Shown piece by piece: positions 59,301 through 64,000 of a stretch of DNA of 64,000 nt (within the stretch, counting starts at the first letter, position 1; every line of letters begins with the position of its first letter). The translations under genes and the position numbers were made by a program. Source of the stretch: Babesia bigemina (lineage: Eukaryota). The notes under the pieces were generated by a model. The model worked only from the letters and a program-made list of their open reading frames with translations, searched no databases and had not been told where the DNA came from. The DNA is taken from positions 2,232,001 to 2,296,000 of the forward strand of contig NC_027218.1 in the NCBI RefSeq assembly GCF_000981445.1, read 5' to 3'.

Positions 59301-59494
59301 ACATCTCTGGCGGACGGCCGATCCGTGTCGAGCAGAGACGGCAGAGATTTCTCAGCGTCCTGAGCAGCATTGTCGAACAACGCGGAGAGAGCGCCAGACA
59401 GCGTTGAAACCCCGCTACAGTGCCGCACCTGGACGAGCCAGTCGATCGCCTCTCGAAGGTTCTCGGGACATTCCGTCAAGGCCTTAGGCGCCAT
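50306..59494 (-). CDS. Variant erythrocyte surface antigen (ves/VESA-like), 3062 aa
   Basis: N-terminal LTECPENLREAIDWL and FLGY...YDGSGIVY, a long helical middle, then YLSTYSG, RYPCTVRDMLSWLSGL, CAPYL, a C-terminal TM and the cytoplasmic MDVLRIRSHL...SHLIDVKALL tail typical of Babesia ves families. Confidence 0.9.
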   Translation of the reverse strand: MAPKALTECPENLREAIDWLVQVRHCSGVSTLSGALSALFDNAAQDAEKSLPSLLDTDRPSARDVVSKLRAFQSTLPKDSENPNKNIIHNLCASACSFLGYRYRGTYDGSGIVYGNASRLCDAILALLYAVFSDVCDNQPYVAGRSVLHDVIVQLKSQLWRGHKGFCQAIPKVATGLQRYNAAVEASNERVKEPIQTVLEYVKPDGELCRGINILQITETSTSAEDEKAVESAVSLVEGCKEVARVLSKSLMAAKDAINDLNPKLKKKLENARRSFFNHVDWLSRWSKKGQKKMLDKMIQKIKNRLKQLANAVKDKIKQEVHTVVELLKDRVREVKMKLEGITVSLEEYVKELGQWMDEAKEYIQDVKKYVNKIMQELDGENRKAIDKAAADIDSELSEKVEELNQWIETADAAVNVAKDKADDVFKRLDKDEKSGTKISQGFEKISEAKENVSEVSTQLLSVHDDLVGWKDATQGVISKAAGKAGEVSGQLDPSQKGDGNPIGKNLKDIETAEKTISSANEQLKSQVDKLSKWITEADKIREQAQKKAQEVYNSLDVHKDLSEKLGQIKTANQEIKSVNKELSEVDKNLEEWKQVAGKVIQDVVKKAEDVYKKLDHGDKQQLISQGITQINAAKDNVDGVAKGLTSVNEDLQKWREAAKAVLGTVIDKASEVHKQLNPDAHDASHPIGQKIKEIGDAKQEIDKANQTLGQQVKLLNTWINEAESIRAAAESKAKEAYDKLSVHEELSKNVNRIMDASKAIKGVNNAVEKKLKELGTWNEKAKEVLDGAIIKAQEVHGKLQDAVVEKIDEIEQHNKEIITANNSLEKEVGHLGKWRAAAGKVIDQADEKCDKILEKVQNEHPKNYDKGNKTVIFQQAEDLKNQGKRLLDAAKNAKQRVEKNVKSALEAVNEMDSDLKKDLFDVKTKIKQGITEVISTLQVNKLGERVREDLVKLRERIGNLKGKVNKNEKNGGTLVKKELDALDQAKNTLTEESRKIKEQKLKEMDQRFNSAIKESLNQEVEKVTTAIQTLYGKINPKNDSASETDKKQLHKIFEHINNEVEKIKGKAGSSASDPIAKGLDGIVSKTKGLVRGFGDRNKSGHGFSQRVDGWIGNILGINQNTGGKQIKGMEAVISWIKEYDSRVNERNNALKDQFKQKIKEALNEQITAGQDKISLRDVKESIVENLTKVKEACDTFADALDAKLTKVEIEKTIAPIVRNIQGSSGGAGTSGGNAEHLTTAVKTALIALCRCVKQVASEIDFLGVRMFGGIIDETKKTVDGLNTNLTNAAKTGTPAIGTAQAVDNAIDKVREEVKGLEQKFEQVKKPVEEAVRDLDTAVDTFDKQAQQQVKDAAEGAIKAAAKEISNSDNVDLDEALSKMQNFHEAHQKINDELPTQLESLLNEHIGRDGKVGGGDTVSLKHTLSLGAYRKHIKQNGGDEGKLKQAIERIRDGVDDALKMADPSVKKTIEELTFNSAFALIASELLGITHLVNGTNSFVDGGEQGVKALLTELHKGIGKNKLADTEKGLEAIIEAIRDMQKEAFGTKPKAIEKIATDIKAQVEDLKKKLKSGDKDPIINALKDLKDAGLASGQWNGNDGRQVDGLLRIYEDLQMQSGKVPDQTGIIGEAIKKIRWELLKLGYKLDNLFTDDDILDKLKELQRKIGKDAHIDGDNLRAICSIIEKLQNGQLTRQPTVIEGAQEVIAKELERLQGELRNGNGNGVINAIENLRDIGLSENTWVKAEHNKGLQLIENELKEQQESLAQQPGQFNSGVEKIITMIAKLRKELIDGNSGKDGVIDVLVRLKDNGLTEGEWEETGIHGLGLIQKEVTKQNKKLSNANKIIDKATDSVLSYTQSVLKTAKQKLRDDIATDDVLDNLEELQKKIGLIGSNDDATLRGIYKKISGLQEDAFTNNPKEIEEAKIAINKELEEQRATLQKNVTDPLKDLVTNGFGKSDKWNGNAKGFDNIQKRLNTQNDTLSQQPQNIQDGINEITDELKSLRAVLQGTGDDNPEKRGVIKNLEHLRTQIGNKDNKGLKKIKSEIDSLNKNQIPVITQNLNTMSTEITNAAGQLGLNLIQLGDPHIDVKLKDIQDGFDNLRLTDLAEAIRLCDDFLNKADEMEKNTIIALLKHVDDDVYDAIKDLTKEARTLYVDSVKEALELFVKKVEEDLEQLPNEINRERYIGYKGFMKYLQGSLTSDLTGDEQSVAELSSAFQEVFEQMEKYIRVEITRLHDEQKKEQNPSLPPTEEPYTPKLNDVYEALTALLAYLRDNDDGADKLTELVERLTKALGDFVPSDFKHLCTPLLDTVSRGLTKFAAEFGNTYLSTYSGQRCREEHSHKYAKVFLSLIPMTHKALNKLMMKCEGEWKHLPISMFTAGDRDNALGNYLTRCGYRVSSSRGEQDGELNNVFTGGGIYELLFTPIESVDIEMMIDGDPMKNGINFVQIISLLYNLLCRYFQVCHIPVPPEPRYPCTVRDMLSWLSGLQYTMVADKLPGHCKALLNRRCHDGDTPNKEDPIMAKCIGELPIIIASACSHSTALLTAIQGNGHGFDLAAYPYSVDFSNNRARLHYPADPDALLEMLRDITCRLSKVLYFLYSQCCRSTARVKGWRECAYGRQVQSNHWQCKQIGTYPSTISTTTAATTTTSSTSNPGCPPTSPLQSFLSDHCQGLLPHTLTAADMTIQCANCAANQPGQQCLTPLGFWDLGFAASISGTGWDLAKRLGDMCRDADSCLFVLCRTLFLLCPTAPSSLADMFSLFTQVLRRWDSHDRVQHRGGTYTDASDFISHLNTDGIDSLFPLWKELHGSYENHKLTSAIASLAGHDHISHDALSNLFNDFTCKSPSGCAPYLQPLGLHARHTYPQKHARLYITWIMYMAWQFWELLFDLLQALDNIDCTASGCATCPCKPGIHGGKDTCHCPSIVHCAGPLPTLYRHGFTYRNANLLVTDNRAMRCGDLNAQLKRALHSDHFTELFRQIDQLMWHIRMPFFYCFIALWSLVALYILHTSLYRMDVLRIRSHLLTTKASHLIDVKALLIPSRKMLSLYNASYFDDDPNELLNLK
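56930..58450 (-). repeat. Trp-anchored ~60-aa helical repeats inside the ves-like gene, with a 555-nt higher-order duplication
   Basis: Trp codons (cca on +) at 58085/57893/57716 recur at 57530/57338/57161, each offset by exactly 555 nt. Confidence 0.85.
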
Positions 59495-62321
59495 GCCGTC
59501 TGTAGTCGGACAGTCACATTGCCAGGCAGCCAGGGCCTGCGCCGCTGCCTATAAGACAGCATGGCCAAAAGGCCAAGTTTGCTTATTGGGAAAAGTGGCA
59601 AGATTAGGAGCTGAAACGAGTGACAACTAAGTGCCTCATGGCACTGAAACGAGGTACATGACTCCTATCCTTACAAACTACATTCAAGAAAACAAAGATT
59701 ACAAACATCCCACCTACCTGAGGCGGGGGAATTTCGCAAACGCAATTGTCTATCAAGGACGGAACCTGACTAGCATGACAAGGTGGAGCACAGTTGGTAA
59801 ACAGCTCACACCATTATGTTTTTGAATGGGAGAGAGTACGCCTCTCCTAACTCCGCACCGTGACGCCGCCAAGCCGTCTCCCCAAGGAGCTAGGCGAGCA
59901 CCCAAGCATCCGCCACCAACCACACCTCCAAGGGTAGCATGATAAGGTGCTTCGCACTACATGAACAGCACGCCCAGCAGGTCATATATAGACCTAGAAG
60001 CTTACCCCACATTCATGTCTACATTATGTTTTGTATGTTGTAAATTCAACCAGGGAGTAATGCATCGCATTGGCTGTCATCATCACGTTATCGTGTTTCG
60101 ATAGTCATATGTCTATTTTCTTATGCTTTATACACTACCCATCTCCCATGCGGCGAGAGCATCGGGTAACCTAACCAACGACACTTCCCCTTCGATTACC
60201 CACCTACTTATTATTAGTATGTACTCTCATCTTAGAGTGTGCTAGGTGGCTACGTGCCTTGAACCGGCTCTCGGTTTTGAGTTGCTGCAGCCTAACGCTG
60301 ATTCTGGTAGCGGACTCCACGTCGGTCCGTTGCCGAACGCTATGGGGGCCACGTGTTGGCATCCACCCTGCTCGACAACAACGGCCACTCACAACGTAGC
60401 AATAATATCCGAGAGTCACATACTCTATCACACAACTACCATCTCTAATCCTGTTTCGTACGTGAACGCCCTCTCTCCGAGCTTCAACAGTTCCTTGGAC
60501 ATCCTCATATTGCAAGTCTCCATCTCCACCAGATTTTTTTCGCTAGTTGTTTATCATTTTCGGGCTAATGATACTACTCCATTGTAGCTGTGCATGTGTT
60601 ATCTCTGGTTGGTTTCATGTCTTGAGTTGCAGAGAGGTAGCTCCTGGTAGGGCAGAGTGCCGCTGCGTGACCGTCAGGGGCGCTATGCTGTCCACCATCC
60701 ATATCGAGAACTACTACTCCAAGTAGTGACTATCACAGATGTAGTAACTTGTTTATCAACTACACCAATCGGTTCTTGCTTGTTAATGTTGGTCCCTTAG
60801 TTGGTTGGGCTGTTCCAGTATCAGCGTAAGTATAGGGTAGAATGTGGTCATTTGGGTGGCGAAATTCGGCAGTCTAGTCTAGCGTAATCTGCTTCGTGTA
60901 TACGTAGTGCGGTTGTTGGTAAGGATTGATGTGAGGGAGCAATGTAATCACGTATCACCATGTTAACACTTTTTCATTCTCACTACGTGAATCAGTCAGA
61001 TGGGGTACAACCATCAGCGTATTTGTTCACAATTTGAAACACCAGCAATGCCCGCAATACACAAAAATTCTTGTTTGACGTCAACATTTACTGCAATTCA
61101 GTGGCTATACGAATCTTGATAACGGTGGCGATTGTTGCCTACACCAGACCACCGCTGGGGATGTATAGTGCGAGGGCGTTAATTGATCATAATATCTTCG
61201 CGGCGCTATATATAGACTGCTACGTAACGCTTTTGTGGTGTAATACAAACAAGGTTGAAGTGCGCATTTTAAGGTGCCACCCGTCATCGGCCTCATCCGC
61301 ACGCCTTACAGCTTAATGGTATGCGGGCGAGAGAAAAGCAGCAACTGATTTACAATTGGGCGTTACGTGTCAGGACGATTATTGAGATTTGGAAAATGGA
61401 GTGAGTGGCAAGTCAGTGGAACACGTTCAATGCCCCTCAGCTCAATAAGGGGTGAGACAGCAATGTGGTAGGGATGTGAGGAACTCTCATCAATAGTGAT
61501 TTCGTCTAGACATCACGGAGTTATTGAATTTGAGTTTGCCGCATGTGGATTGTCTACTTAATGAGTGAGCTGGGTCGTCAGCTGAAGCTGGCAGTGTCAT
61601 GGGTATTATGGTGCAATGCTGCTGGAAGGTGACTGAGGGGGCACGGCTGGCGAGGGTGTCGCTCTGGCAAGATCACGCACAGATGTATAATTGCAAGGCG
61701 AGAACTTCGTGCGTAGACTGATGCAGCGATTTATAATCTGCACCTCGTTAGGCCAACGCAATGTGGGGTAATGTTCTCAATCTCTGGTGGTCATTGGGGT
61801 GATGCTAAAATGAGGCACTGGTGTCTACCCAGCCGACAGCGGCACGCTGCATCGTGGGTACCCTGATGTTCGCAAAAGGCCTATGTGAGACGGCTTGGCG
61901 GCGTCAATGCGGGGTGAGGATATGCATCCTATATTCCACCCGGAACCCTCGTGGAGCACGCCGTGCTCCACCCTTCGATCCACACCCCGCCAGTAAGCCC
62001 AAGGTGTTGCCAAATATATGAGCTTATCGTTTACCTCCTCCTCAGGTAGGTGGAAGGGGTGTCAGTTTAGTCCTTCGTCCGTTGAGGGGGAATGCGGGCG
62101 TGTTGTTGGTATCATGACTCACGCCGATGTCACTGGCAGTTCGCTGTGTAGCTTTTTCACGTAGCGCACTTGACGTTTCCGCATCGATGTCTGAGTATGG
62201 CAATACTCCCGTGTCCGCATCGGCGCGTTGATCACGTAGGGGTTTAGTAGTTCACCTTGTCATCGACACATCTCTCGGTGTTTTATTACAGTATGTATGC
62301 GAGTGATTGTGACTGAGCAGG

Positions 62322-64000
62322 ATGACAGCTAAAAGCGCTGCTGTAGGCACGGCACATGGAGTGCCGCTGAGCACGTTGAAGGAGTGTCTTATGTTCCTGG
62401 AGTGGTTGAAAAGTCATAGTAATATGCAACGCCAGACGGCCAGTAACTTGTATGAGCGTATTAAAAAGTATTATAAGATTAGTAACATGAAAAACGACAT
62501 TGAGAAATCGTTGTCACAATTCCTCACAAACGTGTCGAACTTTTACAATCGATTATGTTATGTACGTGTTGCTGGAAACTATAATGATAAAACTGCCGCA
62601 CAAATTGTTGACACGCTTTTAGACTGTCTACCCAGATTTATCTCTGCGTTGCATTATCTTTGGTATGATGTGAACGCGACTTTTGAGCAACTTGGTGGCG
62701 GTGGATGGAAGAATGATTATCCAGGGGCGATATCCAGTTATTGGTACAGTAGCTATGGCGGTGACCTTGATGCGTATCTTCATGCACAGCCTAGCAATAA
62801 ATACGGTGGCCTGATGCCAGGTGGTTTCACCTCTGGCGATGTGAGGTATAATCAGTATTACGATGGCTATCGCCAGGGTTTCAATATGGCTCCGGAACTT
62901 GGGGTCATTTTGAATACATCACGACATAATTATTTGCTCGACGTCTTAGTTATATCCATTCTTTCTGATTGCGGTACTCGTATGGTGAACAGTGCAAACG
63001 TTCTTGCATTGGTGGGAACGTTTTGTGCCATTGTTGAGACGGACCCAAGTGGTTCAAAATTAAAAGAGGCTGTGCAAAAAAAAGACACGTGCATTAAGTG
63101 GACTGAATTAAAACAACATTGCACAACAGTGAAATCTCAAATGCATAAAGTGTTCAGGAAAGAAGCCTTCGACCATACCGGCCAGTCACTAGAATCTAAA
63201 GATATCAATATGGACGAATTTGCAAAAGTCGCGGCGAATTGGCTTAGAGCGAATTTGAGAACAGTGAGAGATAACTTGCAGAAAATTAAAACGGATGATC
63301 CTGCCGTCGCCGCTCCCAATAAGGACAACCTTGGGGCATATTTCACAGAAAATCTCTACCCCTACGGGTTCATACTTGAAGACAATCACTTTAAAAGGAT
63401 GATTAGCCGTCGCAATGCATTGCTTCAACATCATTGGCGTGATGTACTTAATACACTTCTCCAACCGCGAAACGGTCTGGATCGACTTAGGGAACTTTTA
63501 GAAGGTGGGGCATGTCCACCCAAAAAACCTGAAATACCGCCTTCAACAGATATAAAGAGTGACACAGCGAGGACGGTTGCCACCAAAACGGAAGCAACTA
63601 AAACCGAGGCGGCGAAGCCCGTGGTCACCAAAGCCGAGGCGGCGAAGCCGACTGCCACCAAAACTGAAGCGACGAAACCTGTGGCTGCGAAGCCGACTGC
63701 CACTAAAACGGAGGCCACCAAGACTGAGGCTGCGAAGCCTGTGGTCACCAAAGCCGAGGCGGCGAAGCCGACTGCCACCAAAACTGAGGTTACGAAGCCC
63801 CAAGCTAAGAATGCTGGAGGAAGTACAAATCAAAATACTAGTCAAAGTGGAGGAAAGCCTGCAACTTCATCAGTCGGCAAATCTTCTCCATCTCCGCCTC
63901 CCGGTAGTGCAGGAGCGCCAGGGCAGGCAGGGCCTAAAGGTGATCAAGGCAATAAAGGGTCTTCTAGTACCAAGTCTACAACATCTTCTTCGCCTCAAAA
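62322..64000 (+). CDS. ves2/secreted-antigen-like Babesia multigene family protein (3'-partial; missing from the ORF track because no stop falls in the window)
   Basis: The frame from ATG 62322 reads MTAKSAAVGTAHGVPLSTLKECLMFLEWL...LLDCLPRF...LGGGGWKNDYPG...GLMPGGF...ENLYPYGF...GACPPKKPE, followed by a low-complexity stalk to the window end. Confidence 0.8.
   Translation, partial: MTAKSAAVGTAHGVPLSTLKECLMFLEWLKSHSNMQRQTASNLYERIKKYYKISNMKNDIEKSLSQFLTNVSNFYNRLCYVRVAGNYNDKTAAQIVDTLLDCLPRFISALHYLWYDVNATFEQLGGGGWKNDYPGAISSYWYSSYGGDLDAYLHAQPSNKYGGLMPGGFTSGDVRYNQYYDGYRQGFNMAPELGVILNTSRHNYLLDVLVISILSDCGTRMVNSANVLALVGTFCAIVETDPSGSKLKEAVQKKDTCIKWTELKQHCTTVKSQMHKVFRKEAFDHTGQSLESKDINMDEFAKVAANWLRANLRTVRDNLQKIKTDDPAVAAPNKDNLGAYFTENLYPYGFILEDNHFKRMISRRNALLQHHWRDVLNTLLQPRNGLDRLRELLEGGACPPKKPEIPPSTDIKSDTARTVATKTEATKTEAAKPVVTKAEAAKPTATKTEATKPVAAKPTATKTEATKTEAAKPVVTKAEAAKPTATKTEVTKPQAKNAGGSTNQNTSQSGGKPATSSVGKSSPSPPPGSAGAPGQAGPKGDQGNKGSSSTKSTTSSSPQ
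63575..63800 (+). repeat. Coding repeat: 120-nt duplication built from 5-aa K-[TP]-x-[AV]-[TA] units
   Basis: gtggtcaccaaagccgaggcggcgaagccgactgccaccaaaactga occurs at 63621 and 63741. Confidence 0.92.

Noticed and set aside
60204..60587. Overlapping ~100-aa ORFs in the ves spacer
   Set aside because: Non-ATG starts and no recognisable family motif; at most pseudogene debris.
1..64000. tRNA, rRNA, snRNA or transposon signatures
   Set aside because: By eye I found no cloverleaf, rRNA or U-snRNA consensus and no transposase or reverse transcriptase motif; tRNAscan-SE and Infernal would be needed to exclude them formally.

Overview
A gene-dense eukaryotic window with short (~30-45 nt) GT-AG introns. 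Gene content (ves-like variant antigen, CDPK5-like kinase, Tpr-like membrane protein) points to a Babesia sensu stricto piroplasm, most like the B. bigemina/ovata/caballi group; this is an inference from family recognition, not a database result. Positions 1-48270 are a GC-rich housekeeping block: SEC62, a tandem ubiquitin-like protein, LAG1 ceramide synthase, cytochrome c, a putative apicoplast J-like membrane protein, a 2272-aa His/Cys-rich Tpr/ENT-like transporter, a TruA-family pseudouridine synthase, a ubiquilin-like protein, CDPK5, a TFIIIC6-like protein, an acidic repeat protein, PH-OSBP, ORC4, an RPC9-like ORF, a telobox Myb protein, a TPR-Aha1 protein, a degenerate myosin with IQ and RCC1 repeats, CWF19L2, TSR3, CDC40/PRP17 and a Nup93-like protein. 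From ~48270 the sequence becomes an AT-richer variant-antigen locus: a small Cys-rich membrane ORF, a 3062-aa ves-like gene, and a divergently oriented ves2/secreted-antigen-like gene that runs off the end. The strongest leads are (i) a probable pseudo-myosin with P-loop, switch I and switch II all degenerate but ~8 IQ motifs and an RCC1 tail kept, and (ii) an apparent 11-TM transporter fold split by a ~1230-aa His/Cys-rich insert. All exon joins were read by eye and no homology searches were run.
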